A DNA stretch of 64,000 nt from a virus (taxonomy: Duplodnaviria; Caudoviricetes), in the IMG/VR virus record IMGVR_UViG_2548876808_000001, positions 174 to 64,173 of that record; one strand, given 5' to 3'. A model generated the notes under the pieces. It worked only from the letters and a program-made list of their open reading frames with translations. It made no database searches and was not told where the DNA came from. Of this stretch, positions 43,149 to 52,622 are shown piece after piece (positions within the stretch are counted from its first letter, which is position 1; every line of letters begins with the position of its first letter). The position numbers and the translations under genes are program-made.

Positions 43149-44537
43149 ATGACCCAACAGACGCTATATCTTAGTATTCTTGCGTCATCCATGACGTTAA
43201 GCAATGCGCCTAACTCCAGTTCGCTGGCTAGCATTGCGATGGATACCCACTACAATTTTGATTCAAACGTTATTGCTACGGTAATGGTTGTTGATGATAA
43301 AAAAGCAGCACCCGCCAGAGATCCGCTAAACAATCTTATTTTTAATATCACATTCACCGATAAAATCGATGGCAGTGAAATTACTCAAATGCAGGGCTAC
43401 TTGTATACTGGCGGCGGTATTGAGGCGTTAGAAGAAAATCATTCCACTGAGTTTGGCTATATCAGTAAAAAACTAGATTTTTATGGCGCCATGGACAGTG
43501 AATACGATTTCTTTGATTCAGTGGTTACAAGTTATCGCGCTAGTGATGCTGAAAAAATCAAAGCCGCATTGGTTGCTAATAGTGTCTTGAATAACATGGG
43601 TGCATACCGGGTTAAGTCAAAAGAGCTTGCGGTACCAGCCAGCCCAGCAGTTGATTTAACACCTATACAGATTAAAAATAACTTACTCAATATGCGTGAC
43701 TTACCACGCTACATTGTTACGTGTGAGACTGATAGTTTGCCGAATATTGAAGCGCTTGCTGAAGTGGCAGACAAGCTCAACGGACATATTTTTATTGATA
43801 TTGGCGATATCTCGGATTGGCAATCAGCTGTAGCGATTAGTGAAGCGTTCAACTTTAACGATCACCGCATTAGTTTGTTTTGGAATCCAAACAAATCACG
43901 GCCAAATAACGCTGCATCGGTTTTAGCGCGCAAGAAATGGCGTCCATGCGTTGGTGATTATTTAGGTCAAATTTTAATCCGTAACGCCGCTGTCGATGCT
44001 TCAGGCATACCGCCCCTCAATCGCCCAATTGCTGGCTATGACTTCCCTATATCTTTTCGTGATATGGAAAAGTTTGGTGGCTTAACGCTTGATGAAGAAG
44101 CGCAAAATGCGCTTGCCGATGCTGGTGTTAATGTAGTAATCAATGAAAGATTCGCAGGTGGTGATCGTTGGATTTATGGCGATGCACTGACGCAATACGA
44201 TAGTGCTAACAGTGCTTTAAAACTAATCAATGCTTCAGAATCTGTCACTTTCACTGATAACGGCGTTGTTAGTATTGTTAAAAAGCATTTGCTGAAGGGA
44301 ATGGCAAGCTTTATCAAAGATGCAACCAGCGAATGTGAGCGCTTTCTCAATGCTTGTGCTGTAGATGATGAAGGCAATGGCTTGTTAGAAAAATCAGAAG
44401 AGTTAGGTGGTCTGTATTATGCATTACGCATTACGCGACGCCCTAGTGACCCATTCACAAAAGCCGACGTGGAATTAAGCCGCCGTCCTCAAGGTTGTGC
44501 ACGCCAAGTATTCTTTAAAACAACCGTTACTAAATAA
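43149..44537 (+). CDS. contractile tail sheath protein
   Basis: C-terminal sheath features: PIAG, ALADAGVNVV, WIYGDALT, LKLIN, ELSRRPQGCARQVFF. Confidence 0.75.
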   Translation: MTQQTLYLSILASSMTLSNAPNSSSLASIAMDTHYNFDSNVIATVMVVDDKKAAPARDPLNNLIFNITFTDKIDGSEITQMQGYLYTGGGIEALEENHSTEFGYISKKLDFYGAMDSEYDFFDSVVTSYRASDAEKIKAALVANSVLNNMGAYRVKSKELAVPASPAVDLTPIQIKNNLLNMRDLPRYIVTCETDSLPNIEALAEVADKLNGHIFIDIGDISDWQSAVAISEAFNFNDHRISLFWNPNKSRPNNAASVLARKKWRPCVGDYLGQILIRNAAVDASGIPPLNRPIAGYDFPISFRDMEKFGGLTLDEEAQNALADAGVNVVINERFAGGDRWIYGDALTQYDSANSALKLINASESVTFTDNGVVSIVKKHLLKGMASFIKDATSECERFLNACAVDDEGNGLLEKSEELGGLYYALRITRRPSDPFTKADVELSRRPQGCARQVFFKTTVTK

Positions 44538-44616
44538 ATTACTAGGCGCTGCTTGCCAGCAGTGCCCAGCCATTATGTAAACCACACAACACCATTAAAA
44601 AGTTAAGGATTCTCTT

Positions 44617-45531
44617 ATGAATAGTCATATGACTCAAAAACGTCTTGATCGACAATTTAAGCGTGAACAAGACCAGCTTCAATTAGATTCACTGGCACCT
44701 CAAGACGCTGCTACCAAACTCGGCGATAGCGCTATTAATGAGCGTGAGGCTATTGCTGTTACCAGTCAAATGCGTATCAAAGCTTTATATGTCATTTTTA
44801 TGCTAGCCGCCATGCTATCTGATGAAGAGTATGATGGCGAAGATCTATTGCCTAGTGAGGCTTTAGATAGCTTGATGACCGAAGCGTTTGTTGATCGCGA
44901 CGACGATTCAGATGATGGCAGTACGATTGATCAATACGTGCGCGCTACATTCTCAGCTCACGTATCAGATGCGCTATCAACCATGGGCGTCGAAGACTCA
45001 GTGATCCAAGACGTCTTTGATGATGATGTAGAGGTTGCAGACGCAGCGGTATTGGTAGCTGCAGAAGTGGTGTTAGAAGGTATGCCCGAAGATGGTCAGC
45101 CGTTTGAAGATTTTGTTGCCGCTTTTGCTTATAGCGATGACATGGACGCTGCAGACTCAGAAGAAGATGCGACAAGCTTTGATAGCATGAGTGAGCCTGA
45201 ATATCAGTTTGATGCCGCTGGCAAGAAATTGCGGGTTGGTAAAAAAACGGTTAAGAAAGTCAACGGCAAGACGCTCGTTTACAAAGCGGTCAAAGCAATT
45301 CGTAACGGTAAGAAAGTCACAATCAATAAACGCATGAGCGGTAACCCGTTGCTTAAAGCGTCACAAAAAGCGGCGCTTAAGAAAGCTCGTAGAAAAGCGG
45401 GTACCGCCTCTTCAGTGCGTAAGCAAATCAAGTCATTTGGCAAAGGTATGCGAATGAATTTGTATAAGGGTAATCCTAAGCGCTTGGCAGCTCTAAAACG
45501 CGCTGGTTCTGCGAGATACTTCAACTCATAG
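44617..45531 (+). CDS. bipartite acidic/basic head-associated protein (scaffold- or internal-protein-like)
   Basis: D/E-rich N-terminal two thirds, then ...FDSMSEPEYQFDAAG and a K/R-rich C-terminus. Confidence 0.6.
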   Translation: MNSHMTQKRLDRQFKREQDQLQLDSLAPQDAATKLGDSAINEREAIAVTSQMRIKALYVIFMLAAMLSDEEYDGEDLLPSEALDSLMTEAFVDRDDDSDDGSTIDQYVRATFSAHVSDALSTMGVEDSVIQDVFDDDVEVADAAVLVAAEVVLEGMPEDGQPFEDFVAAFAYSDDMDAADSEEDATSFDSMSEPEYQFDAAGKKLRVGKKTVKKVNGKTLVYKAVKAIRNGKKVTINKRMSGNPLLKASQKAALKKARRKAGTASSVRKQIKSFGKGMRMNLYKGNPKRLAALKRAGSARYFNS

Positions 45532-45551
45532 AATAGAGGCAATTTGAAAAT

Positions 45552-45584
45552 AAAAAAACAGTCTCATAGCGAGGCTGTTTTTTT
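45552..45584 (+). terminator. intrinsic terminator
   Basis: AAAAAAACAGTCTC-ATAGC-GAGGCTGTTTTTTT directly upstream of late promoter 6. Confidence 0.8.
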
Positions 45585-45624
45585 GGAACACGGTCAGGTC
45601 GGTGTTATCTGCGCACTCTACAAT
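45585..45624 (+). promoter_or_regulatory. late promoter motif 6 (hdf/baseplate operon)
   Basis: GGAACA-N28-TACAAT. Confidence 0.78.
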
Positions 45625-45665
45625 AGATTAATAATTATTTTAATCATTAGTCAACGAAGGTAACC

Positions 45666-46193
45666 ATGAAACTATCAGATATCACTGTCAAAACACCACT
45701 TGTTAGAGACTTTGTTAAGCGTCTCACTCAGTCGACCAAGCAAGGCATACCGATTGTACAGATTGAGAAGACCAAGCGTGTGAATGGCGCCAGTGTTAGA
45801 CCCGTGCTTATGTCGTTAGAGAATGGCCAATCAATTAGGCTTTATATCAGGCTGGCTGGTAACGATGATCACTTAGATATATTCCGCATTGACCTAAATG
45901 GTAAGCAGGTACCCATATCAGGCGACTTTGATAACAGTTATTTGCCAGCTTTCAACTTATCAGTCGATGCGATTGCCAACACAATCAGAAGTGGACAAAA
46001 AGCCTTTTCAGCAAAAGTGGCCAAGCAAAAAATTAAAGGCGCGCCTGTTAGAAATACCAACATCCCCAAAAATCTTGCCCAGCAGCGTAACGCCATACTC
46101 GAGCAGTCAAAAGAGCGTGATGAGATCATCAAACGAAAAACCGATGAAAAAAGCCAGTTGACGGCCCAGCTTGAACAACTAAACAGCAAGTAA
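45666..46193 (+). CDS. Hdf-like protein (stand-alone DarA N-terminal domain)
   Basis: KTKRVNGASVRPVLMSLENGQSIRLYI...IFRIDLNGKQVPI resembles the DarA_N block of 57846..60581. Confidence 0.6.
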   Translation: MKLSDITVKTPLVRDFVKRLTQSTKQGIPIVQIEKTKRVNGASVRPVLMSLENGQSIRLYIRLAGNDDHLDIFRIDLNGKQVPISGDFDNSYLPAFNLSVDAIANTIRSGQKAFSAKVAKQKIKGAPVRNTNIPKNLAQQRNAILEQSKERDEIIKRKTDEKSQLTAQLEQLNSK

Positions 46194-46203
46194 GGCTCAC
46201 GTT

Positions 46204-46608
46204 ATGCAAAATAGCTATATCGTCGATGTATTTTTAAGCGGTGTACTGTGGGTAATAACTACCTACCTTTTCTTTGATATCAAAGCGCGTATTTTGGATA
46301 TTGAAAAAGTCATGGTGGCTCACACGCTAACAATTGCTATGAGTGAAGCATTTAAAGTAGCAACGGTAATAGCTACGCCATTCTGTGTGTTCTACATATT
46401 TTTGCTATGGCGTTTTTATAGCCTGATGGTAGTAAGTCAATCATGGGGCGCGGGTGGCATGGGCTTGTTGGCCATATTTTTGCTAATAGGTATACCGATG
46501 ATATGGCTGCAAATCATATTGATCTGTGTGCGGCGCGGCCGTATTGCACGCTCTTCAGAAAAAATACGTGAGAAGATTGCAACAGGAGAGAATAGTGATC
46601 AATGGTGA
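46204..46608 (+). CDS. hypothetical membrane protein (about 3 TM)
   Basis: Hydrophobic helices. Confidence 0.65.
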   Translation: MQNSYIVDVFLSGVLWVITTYLFFDIKARILDIEKVMVAHTLTIAMSEAFKVATVIATPFCVFYIFLLWRFYSLMVVSQSWGAGGMGLLAIFLLIGIPMIWLQIILICVRRGRIARSSEKIREKIATGENSDQW

Positions 46609-46924
46609 AAAAGTTAAGGCGATGATTGATCATTGGTTGTCCACGCCACCAAATGGCTATTTTGGTCAGGCTTACGGTGCCGATGTCCGTAACTTGCTTC
46701 TACGTGATTTAAGCAGCACCAACGCTGATCAATTAATCAAACAGTTGCGCCGAGATATACCCTTAGTTAACCAGTTAGATGACAGTCAAATCAGTGTCAA
46801 TACTGAGCAAGTTGGTTTTGATGAATTGCATGTTTATCTATCAATCGGAAACATCGATATCAAGCTTGGCGAATCCACACCTCAGAATGCAGACCAGGAC
46901 TATTACAATGTCAGAGCGCAGTAA
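46595..46924 (+). CDS. baseplate gp25/GPW-like protein (P1 PmgA-like)
   Basis: GTG start with AGGAG RBS; WLSTPPNGYFGQAYG. Confidence 0.65.
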   Translation: MINGEKVKAMIDHWLSTPPNGYFGQAYGADVRNLLLRDLSSTNADQLIKQLRRDIPLVNQLDDSQISVNTEQVGFDELHVYLSIGNIDIKLGESTPQNADQDYYNVRAQ

Positions 46925-48371
46925 CATACTTGCTAGTATTAGCAGTCAGATTAACGATTACCCGGAAGTCGCTGAGCAATGGCGGGCGGGTGATCCTACT
47001 GTCAGAGCAATGTTAACGTCGATTGTGGAAGCAGTCGTATTTTTAAAGCGTGACAATGATGTCAATGCGATTGAGCCATTTATTAAATCAAAAAACCGAA
47101 CGATCATTGCTGACGCCATCAACAAGGGTATTCTACCGGTAGCCACACCATGCCAGCATAGACTGACAGTTGAGAACTCTGGCAGCGCAACAGTGACGCT
47201 ATCACAAGGACGACTGATAGAGGATGGCACAGGTAGGCAATGGCGATTGTTGGCAGCAGTGACTGTACAGGCTGGCGAGTCTAAGACGGTACTGGCTGAG
47301 CAAAGCATTATCACTCGAGTAAGCATAACAATACCCATCAACGAGCCGTTCTATACCGTAAAATTATCTACGACCGATGATGCTTATTTCTCGTCAATTG
47401 GTGTTACCAATCTGACAACGGGCGAAGTTTACCAGCACACACCAAAATTTATGAATGCAGGCATAGGTCAAGCTGTTTATACCTTACAAAGTGACAACTT
47501 GACCAACATCAATATTGTCTTTGGTGCGACCGACCGTGCTGGCAAGACGGTACAAGCAGGCGAGGTGTATGAGTTTGCTATTACTCAGTCATACGGTGAG
47601 ATTGATCTTGGCAGTCTGCAGCAAGCAGCCCTTAGCGAAATCATAACGAACGATGAAAGTCGTTTAACGCTTTATTTCAAAGCAGGCAATATGGTACGCG
47701 CTGGCGCGAACCCACTAACGATTGATCAGATGCGGTTGCTCGCCAGCTTCCCAGCTATGTATGACAGAAATGCTGTTTTTATGGGCAATTTTACGTTTTT
47801 AGTCATGCAGCACTTTTTAAATCGCATTAACTATATGGCCATATGGAATGAGACGATTCAGGAGAAGTACTATGGGGCAGCGTTAGAGAATATTAATTAT
47901 CTTAACTTGGCCGTAGTGCCCAAGTCAGGTAGCGCCAGTGAAGCGGCACAGCTTATTGAAGATATCAGGCAATTGGTTGCGCGCGCTGATAGCTTGCTAG
48001 ATGGACGCGTAAGAACCAGGCTTGTTGTAGAACGCCCTTACAAAATCACTATCACTGGCAGGCTTGCCGCGGTACACGATATTGATTCTGTGCGTCTGCA
48101 GATTAAAGAGTTGCTTTTAGCGGATTATGGCAAAGGCTCACTTGCTGCAGTGCATCACAATGCCGATGGATTTAACTTACAAGAGATTGCAACACGCCTG
48201 CGTAATAGCCTATCTGCATTTCAGGACAGAATTAGCGATTTTACAGTAAGTGGTGAGGACGTGAGCTCAAATCCCGTCAAGCCGCATGAATGGGCGTATC
48301 TGAGTGAAACCAGTATTAAAATAAACTTAACTCGTACAGCAGACAGCGGAAATGCGATATGGACAATGTAG
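46908..48371 (+). CDS. baseplate wedge protein (P1 BplA-like)
   Basis: About 487 aa from ATG 46908; order gp25-like, wedge, gp16-like as in P1. Confidence 0.7.
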   Translation: MSERSNILASISSQINDYPEVAEQWRAGDPTVRAMLTSIVEAVVFLKRDNDVNAIEPFIKSKNRTIIADAINKGILPVATPCQHRLTVENSGSATVTLSQGRLIEDGTGRQWRLLAAVTVQAGESKTVLAEQSIITRVSITIPINEPFYTVKLSTTDDAYFSSIGVTNLTTGEVYQHTPKFMNAGIGQAVYTLQSDNLTNINIVFGATDRAGKTVQAGEVYEFAITQSYGEIDLGSLQQAALSEIITNDESRLTLYFKAGNMVRAGANPLTIDQMRLLASFPAMYDRNAVFMGNFTFLVMQHFLNRINYMAIWNETIQEKYYGAALENINYLNLAVVPKSGSASEAAQLIEDIRQLVARADSLLDGRVRTRLVVERPYKITITGRLAAVHDIDSVRLQIKELLLADYGKGSLAAVHHNADGFNLQEIATRLRNSLSAFQDRISDFTVSGEDVSSNPVKPHEWAYLSETSIKINLTRTADSGNAIWTM

Positions 48372-48988
48372 CATTAACAGCCAATGATTTTTTAGCGCCT
48401 ATCTTAAAGAGCCATAAGGCCAATAACCTCGAACGCGCGATGGCTGGCGTGTTTGCTGGTGTCATTCAAGATATGCAAATTGAGCAATTGAATGATATTT
48501 ACAGCTATGGTGTGCCTTGGCTTGCCAGCCGAACGGTCGTAGAGCGATTTACAAAGCTCAACGGTCTTGCTGTCTTAAGACGTGATGATGCAAATTTGTC
48601 CGACAAGCTTATGAGTGTGATTTATGCCAATTGGGAATCGATGGCAAGTGAGCGCGGCCTTGGTTTTCTGCAGTTTGTGTTAAATATGCTTTATCCTGAA
48701 CAGAACGAAATCAAGAGACTGTGGCACTCAAAAGCACAGGCCAGCAATTACCCTCTACATGTTAGTGAAAGGGAGTCCGCTGACAGTTTTTTAACAAGCC
48801 GTTTGCGCATTAAAATTGACTCAAGTGTTGATATTGGAGAGCTGTCAGAATTGGCACCAACTTTGTCACGGTTAGTGCCTTGGCAGGTTGTGCCGGAAGT
48901 GGCCGTGTCTATTAAGACTGAGGATATGGGAATCAAGCTAGCGGTTGCAGCTAATATGTACCACGTGGCTAACTTTTCACCTTATTGA
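48359..48988 (+). CDS. baseplate protein (P1 gp16-like)
   Basis: SERGLGFLQFVLNMLYP...FLTSRLRI; follows the wedge gene. Confidence 0.6.
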   Translation: MDNVALTANDFLAPILKSHKANNLERAMAGVFAGVIQDMQIEQLNDIYSYGVPWLASRTVVERFTKLNGLAVLRRDDANLSDKLMSVIYANWESMASERGLGFLQFVLNMLYPEQNEIKRLWHSKAQASNYPLHVSERESADSFLTSRLRIKIDSSVDIGELSELAPTLSRLVPWQVVPEVAVSIKTEDMGIKLAVAANMYHVANFSPY

Positions 48989-48998
48989 TAACTAGAAT

Positions 48999-49063
48999 AA
49001 GTAATTATAACTCTGGAGTTATAATTATCTTGCATTAATATAACTCCAGAGTTATAATTACTT
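48999..49063. promoter_or_regulatory. hicAB promoter with two palindromic operators
   Basis: TATAACTC-N2-GAGTTATA at 49006 and 49039; 48999-49023 and 49039-49063 are a perfect 25-bp inverted pair; TTGCAT-N17-TATAAT at 49030-49058. Confidence 0.8.
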
Positions 49064-49113
49064 TATTGACCAATTGGAGTCATAAAAGTCTTATTAACTA
49101 AATAAGGGAGGTT

Positions 49114-49296
49114 ATGCAAAGTCGTGAATTAATAAAAATAATCGAAGCTGATGGATGGTATTTAGTAGGAACAAAAGGAAGTCACAACCAATTTAAGCAT
49201 GATGTTAAAAAAGGTAGAGTGACTATTCCCCATCCAAAGAAAGATTTACCTCAGCAGACTGTTAAAAGTATCTTGAAACAAGCTGGGTTGGCATAA
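49114..49296 (+). CDS. hicA: HicA mRNA interferase toxin
   Basis: SRELIKIIEADGWYLVGTKGSHNQFKH..KKGRVTIPHPKKDLP. Confidence 0.95.
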   Translation: MQSRELIKIIEADGWYLVGTKGSHNQFKHDVKKGRVTIPHPKKDLPQQTVKSILKQAGLA

Positions 49297-49358
49297 CCCA
49301 GCGGCTTTTTTAGATATTCGATTCACACGACTTACATGACTCAATGAGGAGTTTAAAT

Positions 49359-49766
49359 ATGTTATATCCTATTGCAATTGCAAGAGGGGATAATGTCACA
49401 GCCCACGGTATATTCGTACCTGATATAGAAGGTTGTTTTTCAGCTGCCGACGATTATCAAGATGCGATTGATAATGCGATTGAAGCAATCGAATTACACC
49501 TTGAGGGCTTAGTAGAAGATGGTGAAGAAGTCCCTCTGCCGTCGAGTATTAATAACCATATAGATAATCCTGAATATGAAGGTATGACTTGGGCATTAGT
49601 GCCGGTCGATGTTAACCGTTATTTGGGAAAGAGTGAGAAAATCAATATTACTTTGCCTAGTCGTTTAATCCATATGATCGATGAGAAAGTATCAAGTAAT
49701 AAAGATCGTTATAAGAGCAGAAGCGCGTATTTAGCAAAACTTGCTGAGAAAGAGCTGATTGCTTAA
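49359..49766 (+). CDS. hicB: HicB antitoxin (RNase H-like fold + RHH)
   Basis: MLYPIAI...VPDIEGCFSAAD...EAIELHLEG; C-terminal KINITLP..LI...SRSAYLA. Confidence 0.95.
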   Translation: MLYPIAIARGDNVTAHGIFVPDIEGCFSAADDYQDAIDNAIEAIELHLEGLVEDGEEVPLPSSINNHIDNPEYEGMTWALVPVDVNRYLGKSEKINITLPSRLIHMIDEKVSSNKDRYKSRSAYLAKLAEKELIA

Positions 49767-49797
49767 CGACCATATTATCGATTGACACTTTTATACC

Positions 49798-49830
49798 AAA
49801 AACCCGCTAATCACTATTAGCGGGTTTTTT
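49798..49830 (+). terminator. intrinsic terminator
   Basis: AAAAACCCGCTAAT-CACT-ATTAGCGGGTTTTTT. Confidence 0.85.
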
Positions 49831-49846
49831 ACGTCTATTATTCTAT

Positions 49847-49886
49847 GGAACACCCCTAAAGCTAATACCTCAAACCTTGTCAAAAT
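49847..49886 (+). promoter_or_regulatory. late promoter motif 7 (tube/portal operon)
   Basis: GGAACA-N28-CAAAAT. Confidence 0.75.
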
Positions 49887-49922
49887 AAGCCTATCATTAA
49901 TCTAATTGATAAGGCCTACCTT

Positions 49923-50549
49923 ATGAGAACACGCACACCAAGCCCGCAAGCTATGCGCAAACGCTATGAAACTGCTAAGTCACTCGGCGCTGCCATGCTG
50001 GCGTGTAACGCCGTATTAGTGATTGATGGCTATGAAAACCTACATATCCTTCTACAGAATTTCCAACGACCTATCACTACTATGCATGATCCTGCTGAAG
50101 TTGATTACGCAGGTGGCTTGCAAGGTCAGTCAACTAGCGTAGTCAAAACTAAGTTTGAATCGCAATGGACATTTATTGAAACTGAAAGTGGTGCTATATC
50201 AAGATTTGCTGAAGACATTGTTATTAAATTTGGCGGTGAATTACCACTGGCACGCGTCTATGACGGCTATATAGGTGATGGCGATACGATTAAAGGCAAC
50301 CGCGAATACGAACTAATTGATTTGGCTATTACTTTTGCAGATGGCGGCGGTGAGATTGATTCAGCCAGCCGTAGCCAAATCCTACAAGTACAAGCGTCAT
50401 GTAGTTATAACTACTTTGGCCAAAGCGGCAAACTGGGTTCAACTGGCAACAATGCTGACGTCTTTGCCAACACTCTCACTAGCGCGTTAGACAAATTCAG
50501 CAATCTATTGCCACAAAGCAACTCAGATGGTGTAACCATTTACGGCTAA
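49923..50549 (+). CDS. tail tube-fold protein (P1 BplB-like)
   Basis: MRKRYETAKSLG...LVIDGYENLHILLQNFQRP...WTFIETESGAI resembles BplB. Confidence 0.7.
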   Translation: MRTRTPSPQAMRKRYETAKSLGAAMLACNAVLVIDGYENLHILLQNFQRPITTMHDPAEVDYAGGLQGQSTSVVKTKFESQWTFIETESGAISRFAEDIVIKFGGELPLARVYDGYIGDGDTIKGNREYELIDLAITFADGGGEIDSASRSQILQVQASCSYNYFGQSGKLGSTGNNADVFANTLTSALDKFSNLLPQSNSDGVTIYG

Positions 50550-50558
50550 GGCGTTCAT

Positions 50559-51053
50559 ATGAGCATTTATGATACAGACGTGGATCATGTCGTTGGCAGC
50601 GTAAATGATGCCGCGCAAGAGCTATATGATGAGCTTTTAACGACCGGCTATTCGTTAATTTTTGAAGATGTAATTAAGGTCTTCAAAAATGCTATTAAAG
50701 AATACGTAGGCTGGTCAGGGCGTTTGTTAACTCAGACGCCACAAGGGTTAGCTGATGTCAAAAAGCCATTGCTGGTCATCAATGAAAATACGGTATTAAG
50801 CGTTACTGACTGGCTCATTGTAAAGCCGGTCGTCATGGCACATTGCGATCTTGTTCAAGCTAAGCGAATGGAAGGTGCGCAAGGCTTGGGAGTGAACCCT
50901 ACTGGCATGAGCAGTAGCGAGGCCCGCACTTTATACAGTGATGCTGTGCTAAAAATGCAAAAAGAGTCCTTCCAGTGCGAACCATTTACGGTTGATACGC
51001 CGCAAAATGACAGAGGCTTAGACGTGTTTTTTACTAGCAATATGATGGAGTAA
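50559..51053 (+). CDS. virion protein, possible head-tail adaptor
   Basis: 164 aa, helical; late operon. Confidence 0.5.
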   Translation: MSIYDTDVDHVVGSVNDAAQELYDELLTTGYSLIFEDVIKVFKNAIKEYVGWSGRLLTQTPQGLADVKKPLLVINENTVLSVTDWLIVKPVVMAHCDLVQAKRMEGAQGLGVNPTGMSSSEARTLYSDAVLKMQKESFQCEPFTVDTPQNDRGLDVFFTSNMME

Positions 51054-51065
51054 GGTTGTGACCCA

Positions 51066-51956
51066 ATGAATGTACAGCTAGAAGATGGCAGCCAGATTGG
51101 CGGCGGTAACTTAATCAGTGCGATCTACCGTACTGATATGGTACCAGTGCCGGTATCGCTTGAATTGGTGGTAAAAGCGGATGATAGATTACGTGAGTTA
51201 TTTACCATAGGTCGCAAGATGACCACACCTAAAGGTGTTGGACTGGTAATTGTTAAGTCGCAAGTCATAAATGAGCAATCCATTAAGGCAGGCAAGCGCA
51301 TTGCAGCTATTCATATCATCGCTGTTTTAGCCGGTTGTGAAGCACTGTTAGGCGTCACAAATAAAGCGGTGAGCTTGAAAAATACAAGTTTCAACGAAGT
51401 TTACCGGGCATTAGGCGCAAAAATCAGAATCAAACGTGATATCAAACTTGCCAGCTTCATTTGTTTAAAAGGTCAACTGCCAACCACGCCAATTGCCCTA
51501 GCATTACAAAAAGAAGCTGCTGTTATTCGTTTTGACGATGACGGCGTATCAGTTGTCAGACTAAACGAGCTGATGCTTGGCGAGTCTATCCTTTTTGATA
51601 AAAGTGCTGTGCAATGGATTGAGAGCCCTAACGCCATCAAACATGGCAATACTAACTACCTGTCAATCGATGACAATGGATCAGAGATCTTAGGCACAGC
51701 CAATGCTGAACGCTCTATTCAATACTACCCACGTGCTGACACGCGCGAACTACAAAATCTACGCAGGATTTTAATCACCAAAGCACAAATCACACGTCAG
51801 TTGGATGATCGATTGGCAGCTGGCAAGTTGATCACGGTCGATAACCAGCGCCTAGTCGTGTTGACCAGTGCAAATAATTACGAGTCAGGCGCGTTAGGTG
51901 GCAGATCTGTCATGGCAACCAAAGCATGGCTTGCCCAAATCGAGAATACCAAATGA
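51066..51956 (+). CDS. baseplate hub-like protein
   Basis: IYRTDMVPVPVSLEL; precedes the spike gene. Confidence 0.55.
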   Translation: MNVQLEDGSQIGGGNLISAIYRTDMVPVPVSLELVVKADDRLRELFTIGRKMTTPKGVGLVIVKSQVINEQSIKAGKRIAAIHIIAVLAGCEALLGVTNKAVSLKNTSFNEVYRALGAKIRIKRDIKLASFICLKGQLPTTPIALALQKEAAVIRFDDDGVSVVRLNELMLGESILFDKSAVQWIESPNAIKHGNTNYLSIDDNGSEILGTANAERSIQYYPRADTRELQNLRRILITKAQITRQLDDRLAAGKLITVDNQRLVVLTSANNYESGALGGRSVMATKAWLAQIENTK

Positions 51957-52606
51957 GCTTAGTATCCCCTTATATGCATCCAGCTACTTTGATTAGCTAT
52001 GACAAGGTAAATCGTACCGCGCAAGTGGCTATCGCTGGTCTAACAGATGGCGTAGCGGATGGTATTACCGCGATGCTGGCGTATCCGATTGGTGATGATG
52101 ATATGGACACTGAGCGTGAATTGATTGATGGCGCTGATGTGTGGGTATTTTTTGAGCAGGGTGATACCACCATGCCCGTTATTACGTTCTACCGCCGTCA
52201 TGGCCAAGGCCGTGCCGTGGTCGATATCAGACGTATCAGACAAAAAAATATTGAGGTGCTGGCAAGGTCAAGCATAACGCTCACAGCAAAAGATTTTATA
52301 AATGTTAAGGCCAGTAAAGTCAGTATCGAGGCTGATGTGGTTGATATTACAGCTGGCACGGTCAACGTCAATGCTGAGACAAATTTTAGAGGCGATATCA
52401 ATCAGGTTGGCAACTTCTTTATGACGGGCAATCAAACGGTTAATGGTGGCCAAACCATCAATGGCGATAGTATCTCTTACGGCAATCAGACTATTAACGG
52501 CAGTATTTACTCAACTATTGACGTCAAGGCTGGCAGCGTATCGGTTAGATATCATTTACATCCTGGCGTAGAGACTGGCGGCGGTAATACTGGCGCACCA
52601 AAATAA
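51953..52606 (+). CDS. baseplate central spike (GpV/gp5-like)
   Basis: OB-fold N-terminus (VWVFFEQGD..MPVI), beta-helix repeats GNQTVNGGQTING, C-terminal HLHPGVETGGGNTGAP. Confidence 0.85.
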   Translation: MSLVSPYMHPATLISYDKVNRTAQVAIAGLTDGVADGITAMLAYPIGDDDMDTERELIDGADVWVFFEQGDTTMPVITFYRRHGQGRAVVDIRRIRQKNIEVLARSSITLTAKDFINVKASKVSIEADVVDITAGTVNVNAETNFRGDINQVGNFFMTGNQTVNGGQTINGDSISYGNQTINGSIYSTIDVKAGSVSVRYHLHPGVETGGGNTGAPK

Positions 52607-52622
52607 TTAATAGGCGGTAATA

